Assembly: GCF_009914755.1 (NCBI RefSeq)
Contig: NC_060947.1
DNA from: the human T2T-CHM13v2.0 reference genome, Homo sapiens
Strand: one strand, 5' to 3'
DNA length: 64,000 bases
The notes under the pieces are model-generated. The model was not told where the DNA came from, did not search any database, and worked only from the letters and a program-made list of their open reading frames with translations. Positions 45,596 to 61,017 of this stretch are shown piece by piece. Position 1 is the first letter of the stretch. Each line of letters starts with the position of its first letter. The translations under genes and the position numbers were made by a program.

Positions 45596-48570
45596 ACCAC
45601 ACTGAGATATTATCCTTTACCTATAACGTTGGCAAAAACAAAAACAAACACAAAAACACCCAGTTGATGAGAGAGGGGGCACATGCAGTCTCATACAGTG
45701 ATGTTGGAAGTGCAAAATAAAAATATTACAGCTCTTTTGGGGCTAATTTAGTGCTTCTAACAAAATCAGAAAATTATTTACCTTTGACTAAGCACTCTCA
45801 CTTCCGGAAATTCATCCTACAGGTGTACAATGTAAAAAAAAAAAAAAAAAGTTGTCAAGAGAATAAAAAGACAAGTCACAGATTCTGAGAAAACATTTGC
45901 AAAAGATATATTATTCAAAAGATACAAAGAACTCTTAAAACTCAACAGTAAGAAAACAAACAACCCAATTTAAAAATAGGCAAAAGACCTCAACAGATAC
46001 CTCACCAAAAAAGATATACAGATGGCAAACCAATAAGCATATGAAAAGATATTCTACATCATATGTCACTAGGGAATTGCAAATTAAAACAATGAGATGC
46101 CACCACACCTGTTAGAATGGCCAAAACCAGAACACTGATAAAACCAAATGCTGACAAGGATGTGGAGCAACTCTCATTCATTGCTTGTGAGATGGCAAAA
46201 TGGTACAGCAACTTTGGAAGACAGTTTGGCAGTGTCTTACAACACTAAACACACTCTCATCATATGATTCAGCAATTGTACTCCTTAGTATTTACCCAAA
46301 AGATTTGAAAATTTGTGTCCATACAAAAACCTGCACATGGATGTTTGTAGCAGTTTTATTCGTAATTCCCCAACTTGGAAGCAACTAAAATGTCCTTTAG
46401 TAGGTGAATGAATGAATTGGGGTATATCCAGACAATGGAATATTATTCAGCACTAAAAAGAAAGATGCTATTAAAGCCATGAAAATGCAAGGCTGAGACT
46501 TAAGTGCATATTACTAAGTCAAAAAAGCCAGTCTACAAGGCTATGTACTGTATGATTCCAACTATATGACATTTTGGAAATGCACAACTATGGAGACAGT
46601 AAAAAGATCAGATTGTCAGAAGCTGGGGAGAAAGAGGGATGAATAGGCAGAACACAGAGGATTTTTAGGTCAGTGAAACTACTCTGGATGATAGTATAAT
46701 GGTGCCTACATGTCATTTTACATTTGTTCAAACCCATAGAATGCACAACATAAAGTGTGAATCCTAATGTAGATGAGGCACTTTGAGTGATAATAATGTG
46801 TCAATGTAGGTTCGTCAGTTCTCACAGATGTATCTCTCTGGTGAGAGATATTGATAGAAGGGGAAGCTGTGGGGGAGGACAGGAGGAGTATGGGAACTCT
46901 CTGTACTTGCTGCTCAATTTTGCTATAAACCTAAAACTTCTCTAAAAATAAAGTCTATGAAAAAATAAAATATAGACATAGTTATATTGCAGCATTGTCT
47001 GTTTATACTATTAAAAGACTGGTAACTTAATTGCCCATCAATAGAAACAAAATATGGCAATATACACATTGGAATACACTGAAACCATGTAGAGACAGAT
47101 CTCTAGAATATATTGAGAAGAGAAAACCAAACTAGGTATAGAACAGTGTAGTAAGCTCAATTTTGTGTGAGAAAGGGGGTTATATATCTATATATATGGG
47201 TTAAATATATATGCAATATACATTTATAAATATATATTTTTATCTATTTGCAAATTATACATATTTGCAAAAAGAAATTCAAGTAAACCCATGAGCTAAT
47301 GAAGTAAAATTTTACCAGGATCTACGCATGTCTGTATGTGTTAGACTTAACTTATGTATTTTTATATCACATTGCTTTTTGAACCACATAAATGTATTAC
47401 CAATGTATTACCTATTCAAGAAAAATAAAATAGTATAACCCTAGTGCGGGGGGAGTGGGAGAAGCTATTAGAGTTCCAAAAACACTCCCCCACCATCAGT
47501 TTCCCACTTAGTTAGGAAGTTATAGGTGTGAGTTGTAGGGAGGATTAAACAGCAAGAATATGGTTCACATGGACAGCCCCCACCCAGGCTACAATCCACT
47601 GTTGTTGGGCTTCCTGATGAATGTTTATGGAGAGAAAACACTAACAGAGATGGGGCCATTGTGTTCAGGGAACTAGATCAGTGTCCCTTCCTCCACTGGA
47701 ACACAGGGTCCAGATCCCCTCCCCATCCTCACAGGCCTCTGAGAATCAAGAGACGTAGATGCTCTCTGAGATAATCCTTGTCTTCTGCTAGAGGCAGATG
47801 GCAAGCCGGGCTGGGAGAAGTCATGCCTCAACTTCCCATCTTTGTTCCTGAAAGCTCCTAAGGTGGACTCCACCCAACTTTCTTGCTGACCGCTGCTTTT
47901 TTCCTCCCTCTGTCCATGATCACTCATAGGCACGTCTGCAAATGTTACCTACTGCACCTCAAGTCTGTTTAATGCGACTTGGACTTGAGTAAGTCTGGAC
48001 AGACTCCTGAAAATATCCTGCGATGGATGTCACAACAGGAGGCTCTAGAAGGGCTGGGAATGCCACCTCTTGATATGGCTGTTTGGGAGTAGCCTGGGAG
48101 ATAGGTCTGCACATTGTCTTCTAGAGACCTTGAATCTGTGAATCCCTGACCCATTTCTGCCTCCCTGCAGTTATTTTGACTCAATTCCTAACCAAACCCT
48201 CCATCACCTAGGCCATATACTATTACCTGACAAACTTCAGCAGGACCACCTGCCTACCTTTTTTCCACATCTGTCTCCCCACCAGAACACAAGCACCTCA
48301 ACTCCGCTCTGGTAGTGGGAGTGGGGTGGATTCCTGGAGCCCAGTAGCTCCTGTTGAACTGCTGAGAACTCAGCCCCTGACACCATAAACATCCCTCAGT
48401 CCCAGTGTTCCTTTTCCTCTTGCCCCTCAAAAACAATTAAGGCTCTTGAAAGGGCCAGAACTTCTGGTTCATGGAAAAATCCCAAAATAAAGATCAATGT
48501 GGTTATATCTATCAGAGGACATACCCCAGCATGATATTTCTCATTGCAGGCACAAGTCTCATTCCCTTCC

Positions 48571-48934
48571 TGATATGGTTTGGCTGTGTCCCCACCCAAA
48601 TCTCATCTTGAATTGTAGCTCCCATAATCCCCACAGGTCATGGAAGGGACCCAGTAGGAGGTAACTGAATCATGGGGGTGGGTTTTTCCCATGCTGTTCT
48701 CGTTATAGTGAATAAGTCTCACAAGATCTGATGGTTTTATAAAGAGCAGTTCCCCTGCACATGCTCTCTTGCCTGCTGCCATGTAAGACATGCCTTTGCT
48801 CTTCCTTTGCCTTCTGCTGTGATTGTGAGGCCTCCCCAGCCATGTGGAATGTGAGTCCATTAAACCTCTTTTTCTTTATGAATTACCCAGTCTCAGGTAT
48901 GTCTTTATTAGAAGTGTGAGAACAGACTAATACA
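48571..48934 (+). mobile_element. THE1 (THE1C-like) solo LTR
   Basis: tgatatggtttggctgtgtccccacccaaatctcatcttgaattg...gaacagactaataca; 5-bp flanks cttcc/cttgc. Confidence 0.92.
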
Positions 48935-49850
48935 CTTGCCCTCTGTCTTTCCCTCTGTAGAGAACTCTCCCTCTGGCCCAACTCCACCAGTGCAGGTATC
49001 CAGGGCTGCCCTCCTAGGAACTCCCCCAGCTCCCAAGACACTGCCCCAAGGACCAGCCAACCACAGCTAAATCTATGCCCATCCCAGTATGTCCTGGCCC
49101 TCTGGAGCTAAACACTCAGAGACAGATACTTTGTGCTGACCATTGGGACATGGCCTCTGTCCCCTGAAGGATCTTTAGGAATGGGTCCCACAATCCTTTC
49201 TATTATCATTTTTGCTGTCCCAAATTTGATTTAGAAATATTAATATGAATTCATGATATATCTTCTCTTAAAATGTATATTTTCTCACTCTGTTTCATTA
49301 AAAAGAACTGGAAATCCAGAGCCATGAGCATGCGTAGCACCCAGACTGTGATCTCACATATCATTTCTCGCTAAGGCTCCTTGGAGAAATGTTGGATTCC
49401 AGGTCTGGACACCAAAGATACATGATAAACCTGGAAAATAGAACATCGGAAAGCAAAGACACTCTCAAAAAGTACTAAATTCATGTCAGACTCAGAAGCC
49501 AACCCAAATATGTTCCCATCAGCCAAAGATGGAACAACTATGCATCAATAGGAATAATAACTGTAATGGATTAAAATACACCAAATGTGTTTAAATTCAT
49601 GAATTCACAATGATACTTTTAAAATATTGTTGGTCATCTTTGGAGGATGCTAGAGAATCATCTCATTATTTGATAATTGGTTTGAAAAGGAAATAATTAA
49701 GCATTTATCCTGACTTTCTTAAGTGAACTATACTTCAATGAAATGAGACAGTTATAGAAAGAATGAGAGAATTAGAGTTCACCATGGTGAATTAATGGAT
49801 ATAGAAAGTGATCATCAACAGGTGATACCATTATAACAAGAGAGATGACC

Positions 49851-50450
49851 AGCCGGCTGTGGTGGCTCATGCCTGTAATCCAAGCACTTTGGGAGGCTGA
49901 GGCAGGTGGATCGCTTAAGCCCGGGAGCTCAAGACCAGCCTGGGCAACATGGCAAGACACTGTCTCTACAAAAAATACAAAATTAACCAAGCTGGTGGCG
50001 CATGCCTGTGGTCCCAGCTACTTAAAAGGTTGAGGTGGGGCTGGGCACGGTGGCTCATGCTTGTAATCCCAGCACTTTGGGAGGCCGAGGTGGGTGGATC
50101 ACGAGGTCAGGAGATCGAAACCATCCTGGCTAACATGGTGAAACTCCTTCTCTACTAAAAATGCAAAAATTAGCTGGGTGTGGTGGCGGGCGCCTGTAGT
50201 CCCAGCTACTCAGGAGGCTGAGGCAGGAGAATGGCGTGAGCCTGGGGAGGCGGAGCTTGCAGTGAGCCAAGATCGCGCCACTGCACTCCAGCCTGGGCGA
50301 CAGAGTGAGACTCCGTCTCAAAAAAAAAAAAAAAAAAAAAAGGTTGAGGTGGGAGGATCCCTTGAGCCTGGGAGGCAGAGGTTTCAGTTTGCTATGATAG
50401 CACCACTGCACTCCAACTTGGGCAACAGAGTGAGACCCTGTTTCAAAAAA
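49851..50450 (+). mobile_element. AluJ interrupted by AluY
   Basis: AluJ at 49851-50038 resumes at 50343; outer TSD agagagat(g/c)acc. Confidence 0.9.
50039..50340 (+). mobile_element. AluY nested in AluJ
   Basis: AluY diagnostics; TSD aaaaggttgaggtgg at 50024-50038 and 50338-50352. Confidence 0.95.
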
Positions 50451-50772
50451 AGAGAGAGAGAGATCACCAGTCAATATGTGTCTCTTGTAATGGTCTTCTA
50501 TGCGATGGTCTTAAAAAAAAAAAAGAATAAAATTTGAATGTGATCAACCTCTAGATAAGACTGTCTATTTGTAGGAAATGCAAAGGATAGAAAAACATGT
50601 TTGACAACATCATAGGAATGTAACCAGCAATATGCATACTGTGGGAAACTGTACAGGACAAATGGCCTGGGTTTTGCAACAATAAATAAAATGTAAGAAA
50701 AACCATTATAGAAGAGAATCTATAGATTAAATACATGTAAAGAAATATCAACCATTTACAATGTGGTGCACC

Positions 50773-51607
50773 TTGTGGTGTATAGACCCTATGGTTACCT
50801 CATGATTCCTGTCACTTGGTATTCATGCCTTTCATAATTCCCTCTCCTTGAGAATAGACAGGACCCATGACTTGCTTCTAGCCAAAGAATATAGCAAAGG
50901 TGAAGGAATTTTGTATATATAGTCAAAATCACAGATCAGTTGATTTTGAGTTAATCAAAAGGAATACTGTAGTCAACTGTAACACAGTGGTAAGTATTTG
51001 TGTATCTAAACATAGAAAAAGTATAGCATAAAAGTTAAAACTGGTATACCTGTACAGGGCACTTACCATGAATGGAGCTTGCAGAACTGAAAGGTGCACT
51101 GATTGGGTCAGTGAGTGAGTGGTAAGTGAACATGAAGGCCTAGAACATTAGTATATACTACTATAGACTTTATAAACACTGTACATTTAGGCCACAGTAA
51201 TTTTTTTCAAAGAGTTTTTCTTTCCCCAATAATAAATTAACCTTAGCTTACTGTAATTTTTACCTTATAAACTTTTTGTGTTTTAAATTTTTTAGAACTG
51301 TTTTACTCTTTTAAAATAACACTTAGCTTAAAATACAGTCACATTGTACAGCTATACAAAATATTTTTTCTTTATATCCTTACTCTATAAGCTTTTTTCT
51401 ATTATATTTAAACATTTTATTTTACTTTTTTTCAACTTTTTGTTAAAAACTAAGACACAAACACACATTAGCCTGGGTCTACACAGGGTCAGGATCATCA
51501 AGATGTCACTAGGCAATAGGAATTGCAGCTCCATTATAATCCTATGGGACCATAGTCATATATGCAGTCTGTCATTGACTAAAACATTATTATGTGGCAC
51601 ATGATTG
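50773..51607. mobile_element. MLT1E-like fragment (~50773-50968) followed by a Tigger3b/MER7B-type fragment (~50970-51607)
   Basis: tgattttgagttaatcaaaagg (MLT1E); gtaagtatttgtgtatctaaacatagaaaa and TIR ggcacatgattg+TA (Tigger3). Confidence 0.7.
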
Positions 51608-52893
51608 TAATAATGGAAAACATCCCACAGAGGAGTGAAATAAATATGTAGGTCTATGATGCCCAAAGAACCCCAAATAGGCTGAACATTAAAAGATCTT
51701 CACTGACATATATTATAATCAAATTATCTAAAGTTAAGGACAAGGAGAATTCTGAATGCAACAAGAGAAAAGAGAGTATGTGTAAACTATCATATATCAG
51801 AGAATTCCCGTAAGACTATCAGTAGCTTTCTCACCAGAAACCTTTCAAGCTAGGAAAGAGTGGGATGACATATTCAAAGTACTGAAAGAAAAAAATTGCT
51901 GTCCAAGAATACTAAACCTGGAAAAATATTCTTTAAAAAGGAAGGAGAGATAAAATCTTTCCCAGACAAATAAAAACTGAGGGAGTTCATCACTAGACCT
52001 GCCTTATAAGAAATGTTCAAGGGAGTTCTTCAAATTGAAATGAAAACATGCTAAACAACATCACACATATCAAAGTATAAATCTCACTAGTGAAGGCAAA
52101 TACATAGACATATACAGATTAATATAACACTTTAGGGATGATGCATCATTTGCTTTTAACCCTGATATAAAAGTTAAAAGATAAGAATACGTTAATGGAT
52201 ACACAATATAAAAAGAAGCTAACTCTGACTACAAGAATACAAAGTGTTGGGACAGGGTGAGTAAAGGTACAGTGTTTTGGGGTGGGATTGTACTTAAGCT
52301 GCTATCAACCTAAAATAGAAGGGTGTAACTACAAGATATGTATGCAAGCCTCAAGGTAACCACAAAGAAAAAGCCTATAATAGATTCAGAAAAGATAAAG
52401 GGAAAAGACAATACAAGAAAGTCACTATAAAAAAAATCACCAAATAACAAAGGAAGACAGCAAGAGAGGAAAAGGGGGCAAAACAACTACAAAATAGACA
52501 GAAAACAATTAACAAAATGGCAATAGTAAGTTCTCACTTATCAATAAGTACCTTAAATGTAAAAGAATTAAAATAACTAATCAAAAAGCACAGAGTGGCT
52601 GAATGGATAAAAATACAAAACAGGATCCAGCAATATGCTCTCTACAATAGACTGCGTTTAGATTTAAAGAGACACATAGGCTGAAGTGAAGGGATGGAAA
52701 AAGATATTTCATGCAAATGGTAACCAAATGAAAGCAGGAATGGTGATACTTATATCAGAAAAAGTAGATTTTATGTCTAAAACTGTCTCTAATACATAAA
52801 ATGTCATGAAATAATGACAAAGGGGTGAGTTCAACAGGAAGATTTAGCAATTATAAATATATACACACCCAACATCAGAGTACCTAAATATAA

Positions 52894-53590
<697 letters not shown>

Positions 53591-55865
53591 TATGTAAAGC
53601 AAATATTGACCAATCTGAAGACAGGTATTGGCAGCAATACAATAAGAATAGAGGGCTACAATACCCCACCTACAGTAATAGATAAAACATTCAGACAGAA
53701 TATCAATAAAAAACAACTGACTTGAATGACACTACAGACCAGATGTACCTAAGTGACATATATAAAACTTTCTGCCCAACAGCAGAAGAATACACATTCT
53801 TCTCAAATGCACACAGAACATTCTCAAGGATAGATCACATGTTAGGTCACAAAACAAGTCTTAACAAATTTAAGATCAAAATAATTTCAAGTATCTTTTC
53901 TGACCACAATGGAATGAGACTAGAAATCAATAATAGCAAGAAAACCAGAAAATTAATTTTAAAAAAACAGAAAATTCACAAATATATAGAAACTAAACTA
54001 CACACTTTTGAACAACCATTTGGTCAAATAGAAAATCAAAAGAAATTTTTAAACTATCTCAAGACAAACAAAAATGAAAACAAACATACCAAAACATATG
54101 GGATACAGCAAAAGCAGTACTAGCAGGGATAAATGTCTACATTAAAAAAGAATAAAGATCTCAAATAAACAAACTAATTTTACATCTCAAAAAACTGGAA
54201 AAAGAACAACAAACTAGGCCCAAAGTTAGCAGAAGGAAGGAAATTATAAAGATTAGAGCAGAAATAGAGAATTAGAAAACAGAAAAAATTAACAAAACTA
54301 AGAGTTGATTTCTTGAAAAGATAAAATAAACCAACCTTTAGCTAGAATAACTAAGAAAAAAGAGAGAAGGTACAAATGAATGAATCAGAAATGAAAAAGG
54401 AGATATTACAGCAGAAATGTGAGACATTGCCTGAGAAATAAAAAGGATCACAAAGGACTGTTATGAATAATTGTATGGCAACAAAGTGGGTAGCTTAGAA
54501 GAAATGGATAACTTCCTAGAAACATACAGCCTAGCAAAACTGAATCAAAAAGAAATAGGAAGCCTGAACAGACCAATTACAAATAAGGACTTTGAACCAG
54601 TAATCAAAAACCTCCCAACAAAGAAAAGCCCAGGACTAGGTGCCTTCATGGGTAAATTCTACCAAACATTCAAAGAAGAATTAATACTAATCCTTCTTAA
54701 ACAAAGAAGAAGAAGGAGAAGGAGAATGAGAAGGAGAAAGAGGAGAAGGAGAAAAGGAGGAGAAGGAGAAGGAGAAGGCACACCTCCAAACTCATTCTAT
54801 GAGGTCAGCATCACCCTGATACCAAAACCAGACAAAAACACTACAAGAAAATAAAACTATAAGCCAATATCCCTGATGAACACAGATGCAAAAAATCATT
54901 AATAGAATACTAAAAAACTGAATTCAAATGATCATATACGATGACCAAGTGGGATTTATCCTGGGATGGAAGGGTGGTTCAACAACCTTCCAAATTAAAT
55001 CAATGTGACACAATACATTAACAACATGAAAGAAAAAATAATCATCTCAATAGACACAGAAAAAGCATTTGACAAAGTTCAACATCTATTCATAATTAAT
55101 AGAACAAAATTCTCAACAAGATGGGTATAGAGGGAACTTACCTCAAACAATAAAGACCATGTATGAAAACTACACAGCTAATGCCATAATCAATGGCGAA
55201 AACTGAACACTTTCCCTCTAAGATCAGGTAGAAGTCAAAGATGCCAAAGCCACTTCTTTTCCACATTGTATTGGAAGTCCTAGCCAAAGCAATTAGACAA
55301 GAAAAAGAAGTAAAAGACATCCAAATTGGAAAAGAAGTTAAATCATCTCTGTTTTTGGATACCATTTTCTTATGAATAGGAAAAACCCTTAAAAAGCCAC
55401 CCAAAATTGTTAGAACAAATACACAAATTCAGTACAGTTGCAAGATACAAAACCAACCCACACAAATCAGCTGTGTTTCTATCCACTAACAACAAATTAG
55501 CAGGAAAATAAATTAAGAAATAAACTCATTTACAATAGTGTCAAAAAGAATAAAATCTTAGCAATAAGTTTAACCAAGGAGGGAAAGGTCTGTGTGCTGA
55601 AAACTATAAAATGCTGATGAAAAAAAAATGAAGAAGACACAAATAAATGGGAAGATATCCTGTCCTTATGGATTGGAAGAATTAATATTGTTAAAATGTC
55701 CATACTACCCCCAAGTGATCTACAGATTCACTGCAATCTCTATCAAAACTATAATATTTTCCACAGAGATTGAAAAAACAATCCTAAACTTTGTATGGAA
55801 CCACAAAGGATGCTGAATAGCCAAAGTAATCTTGAGAAAGAAAGACAAAGCTGGAGCATCACACA

Positions 55866-55988
55866 TCTTTTTCTTTCTTTCTTTCTTTTTTGGAGATGGG
55901 GATCTTGCCATGTTGCCCAGGCTGGTCTCAAACTCCTGGGCTCTAGCAATTCTCCCACCTTAGCCTCTGGAGTAGCTGGGATTACATG
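55866..55988 (-). mobile_element. Alu monomer (FLAM-like), antisense
   Basis: T-rich tail, then ggagatggggatcttgccatgttgcccaggctggtctcaaactcctgggctc...gctgggattaca. Confidence 0.85.
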
Positions 55989-57256
55989 CAGAAGAATGAA
56001 ATTAGGCCCATATCCTACACCATACACAAAAATTAACTCGAAGTGAATTAAAGACTTAATGTAATGCCTGAAACCATAAAACTCCTGGAAGAAAACATAA
56101 GGGTTTGCTCCTTGACATGGTTTTGGCAATGATTTTTTTTTGATATGACACCAAAAGTACATATAACAAAAGCAAAAATAAACAAGTGGTACTACATCAA
56201 ACTGAAACCTTTCTGCATAAAATATATACAAACTATATATCTAATATATTTAAGGAACTCATACAACTCAATAGCAAAAATCAACCTGATTTTAAAATGG
56301 GCAAAAGACCCAAATAGACATTTTTTTCCAAAGAAGACATACAAATAGCCAACAGGTATATGAAAAGGTGTTCAACATCACTAATCATTAGGAAAGTGCA
56401 AATCAAAACCACAATAAGGTGTTACTCACACCTGTTAGAATAGCTATTATCAAGAAGACAAGAGACAGCAAGTGTTGGTGAGGATGTGGAGAAAAGGGAA
56501 CCCTTGTATACTATTGGTGGGAATGTAAATTGGTATGGCCATCATAAAAAACAGTACGGGTGTTTGTGAAAAATTAAAAATAGAACTGTCTTGTGATCCA
56601 GCAATCCCACTTCTGGGTTTATATTCCAAAGGAAATGAAATCAGTACCTAGAAGAAATATCTGCACCCCCATGTTTATTGCAGCATTATTCACAATAGGA
56701 TAGCCAATATATGGAAACCCCTGTTGGGTTTTTCTTAACCTTCTTTCAGTGACATCTTACTTCCATTTAAACCAATTCCTTGTAACAGATCAAACACTCC
56801 TTGTAATAAATCAACCAACTTGTAAGGTAACTGGACTCAATCTCTGAGAGACATTTTGATTTCAAACACAATAGGCCAGAAGAACAAAAAGCTAAACTCC
56901 TTATCGTATCATCCCTAAAGATGGAGATTGCTCTCTCCACTGAAACAATACTTGGAAATATTTTGTGAATTTTGAGTTTTAGAACTGAACTTTCACCAAA
57001 ATGGAATTGAGAAAGCTTTGAGGAAGAGACGGTGTATAGTCAGAGGCTACCTCACTTTTGTACAACTTGTCAAAAAGGCATATTACATAGACTCAACCCA
57101 AAGTTCTTTAGGTTTAGATCTACCTGAGGGTCTCTGTTACTAAAAATGGCAATGCTTGGCACCAGACCACTCTTGCTATTCAACATAATATTCAACATAT
57201 TATGATACTATTTGACACCCTATAGGGGTTATTTTATTTTGGCCAAAGATTGATCA

Positions 57257-57704
<448 letters not shown>

Positions 57705-58297
57705 TTAAAGTCAGAGGTCACCTGTGGCCAGAAGTAGGGATCAGATTGTCCTTTGGGTATCGCTCAAGTGGTATTAGTGGTTCAGAGGTGATGAGTGCAT
57801 GTCCTGGGTGTGGGGAACAGGTCCAGGTGTGTCCCACGGTACCTTCAGTGGAGGACGTGGGCGGCAGATGAGGGCGCCTCTCTCTGCAGATGGTGGCAGG
57901 TGGTTTGCTGCTCCATGGGGTGAGGAGACACAGGCTGAGGATGGTCCTAGTGGGTGGTCCTCGCATATCCTCATCAGGATTGAAGGGAAGTGGCTCGGCC
58001 CTGCACTCTCCAGGAGGCAGAAAGTAAAGATGAAAGTACCAGCTGAAAGTTCCTTTGCTGTGGGAACTACGTCAAGGTTCCTGAGTCTTGTGAAAGCTGG
58101 TAACTATCTCTGGTGTGGGCATGTACACCAGCAGGGGTGGCAGTGTCCTGTTGGCAGTCTCCTCATTTATCGTGAATTTCAATATGCTGTAGTTATGGCA
58201 TAGGCATGTGAAATAATGATCAAGCCTATGGGCAGTAATTTTTTTTACCATTTGGGGGGCTATTTTCCTACAGGTTCTCTTAATAGTCCTTGTTTTA

Positions 58298-58460
<163 letters not shown>

Positions 58461-61017
58461 AATCCCATCATGTCTCTCTTTGATACCTGCCTCTTTAGGG
58501 TGATGGGGTAGGTGGAAAACCCAAGTAATGTGATTTTGTAACATCCACTGCTGCATTTGTTTGCGGTGAAGTAGGAGCCTTGATCTGATCATACACCTTG
58601 TGGCAAATCCAAATGCTGTAAAAGCTGATGTGCTAACCCTGCAATAACGTAAATAGAGGCTGCTACCTTGCATGGGTAAGCCAATAGATGCCTGTGTAGG
58701 CATCCACCACTGTTCAGGCATATTTCACGGTTCCAGCCGCTGCAGGGAGATGCCCAATGGAGTTGAATTGCCAGTTTTGATGTAGCCCTTCTCCTCTCCA
58801 AATGTTTCCTCCCACGAGGTGGTCCCAATGTCTGGATTGCTGACACCTGGTACGGTCCCTATGACTTTGTTTAAATGTCCCTCCACTGGATCAACTCCTC
58901 TCTTAACAACATATTTTCACAACCTCATGGTGCCCAAGTGCCTTGACCTCATGTGTCCATTTGTAGAAGGGGTCAGGTGGCTTGTCTCCAGGGTCTGAGG
59001 ACTCGCCCTCCTTCGCAGCCCTGCCTGCTTGGCTGGTTGGGTTAGCTCATCTTCAGCATGGTATCGCACCTCCTACACATCTTGTTTAATGTGAGCGGAG
59101 GTATGGTACACAACCATGGGCAGAGCAGGGTGAATTTGGCAATTTCCACCCCTGCCCCCGACCCCATCTCTTTATCCCAAATGTCTGGGCCTTGTATTTT
59201 CAGCCTTGATTCTGTTAATGCCCCAACTATGTAGTCAGCCCATTAGCCTCTGACCTGGAGTCAGTGAAACACCTTGGGAAAATATTTGCCAAGAGCATGG
59301 TCTGTTGCTAGGAGTATTGCACGCAGCTCAGCCTGCCCGCACTGGGGCCCCTCCCCGACAAGGAAAGTGGACTGGTGGACTGGGGTGCAGATGTCATTGC
59401 CTGACTCTCATATTCCCCGTGTTCGCTCCATCTATAAAGAAAGAGCGTTGTTTTTCTTGTTTTGAGAGTGCTGGCTTTCCTCCCTCTGGTCCCCCTTGAG
59501 TAAGGGGTGGAATTATTTCTAAGGTTTGGCAAGTTTGCCTCACCAGCAGGGCACGTGGCAATTTGCCCAAGGGCTTGTGGCACTCCAGGAGGGCCGAGTT
59601 TAGCCAGAGCCTGTGGAGCCCGTGGAGCCCATTTCTATTTTGACCTGGGGTCCTCTGTTGCAGATTCGGTTTTAGGGGGAGCTTCTCCCACTGTGCAGGG
59701 CATACTAGGAATCTCGGCGTGTAGGGTAATGGGCTGTGTCCCAGGAAGGGCTTCCGTTTCCAGAAGTACCCAGGGTGCTGCCAGGTGATGCCTATCTTGT
59801 GACGGATACCTTTGGGCTGAGACTGGGAGCCGCCTACGGCAGAAGCCCATGGATAGGTGCTCGCCTGTGCATTTGGGGCAGACACTCTGGGAAGCAAATT
59901 TGGAGGCGGCTGGACCTTCTCACTTCGTGAGTCCTGCCCTCAGGACAGGTCGGGGAGCTGACATAACAGCCTCCATGCGTTTATGTGGTGTCTGTTGCTC
60001 AGGTCCCCGCTAGAGAGTGGAAGAGGTAAGGGAGACTCCACAGATAGCATCCAGCAAATATTGGAAGTGGGGGATGTGGTGGCGCCAGAATCCAAACATG
60101 CCAGCCACAGTTGGGCGTCCTTGCCAGTGTGGGAGGCTGCAGCTCTGGGAACTTGTCTTTTACAGGATCGGGGACAGTTTGCCCTTCTGAGTTCTACACG
60201 TAGCCGCCGAATTCAACAGACCGGGAGGGGCCATGGACCTTTTGGAGGGGCAGTTGCCCATCCCCTCACAGTGAGGTACACACTCAGGGCTGTGACCACC
60301 TGTGAGACAGCGCCTTAGTCCCTTTCAGTGAGGAGGATGTTGCCAATGTGATGGCAAAGCCGAGTTCTGCTGGGAGTGCAGGCAGCACTCAGGTCCTGTG
60401 TGCAAAGCCTGTGTGCAGTCGGGGGCCAGGGAGCGGGTACTGAACAACCCCAGAGGCGACCAGTACAAGGTGTCCTGTTGGCCCCAAAAGGGGAAGGCGA
60501 TTGTGGTGAGTCTCCTGGGACATTTTCATGGAACAGAACATGTCAGCAGACTCTTCAACTCCAAACTATTTAGCCAGGTTGTTTTGAATGTCGTCTTAAG
60601 GCAAAGATGTCTGGTAGAAGTGCTCTAAGCCAGGGGACAGCCTTGTTTAAGGCTCCGTAGTCTGGAGTTAGCCTCATACGTTAGTAGTGGCTTTCAGCAC
60701 AGCTCGTACTGGGGAGCTGGAAGGTGAGATGGTAGGAGTTCCTTCCCTTTCCCTAACCAAGTGAGCGCAGCAGGACTTGCCTCCGCTGCTATGGGGTGTG
60801 TGGACCCCCACACTGGCAGGGGAAGGGGCTTGGTTAACCGGCTCCCACCTGTCAGTGGCAGCAATAGCACAGGACCCTTAGGCCATTCTCTGAGGTCACC
60901 CGCTGACTGAGAGGGCCCGTTCCAGCGATGGGAAAAGGGGCAGATTGGGGACAACCACCAAGACAGAAACGTCTTTTAGCAACCCTGGGCCAACCTGAAT
61001 AGGGAAGAGGGTGATGA

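Noticed and set aside
47440-48560. Non-repeat-looking stretch with short ORFs and a possible minus-strand donor (GCAGTAG|GTAAC near 47950) as a KRAB or other exon remnant
   Set aside because: No KRAB motif (VTFEDVAV, LYRDVMLENY) or other recognisable protein in the frames I read; no supported exon pair
54700-54780. Arg-rich NLS-like stretch (RRRRRRRMRRRKRRRRK) in ORF 54471-54854
   Set aside because: A (GGAGAA)-type purine microsatellite expanded inside a dead L1 ORF2
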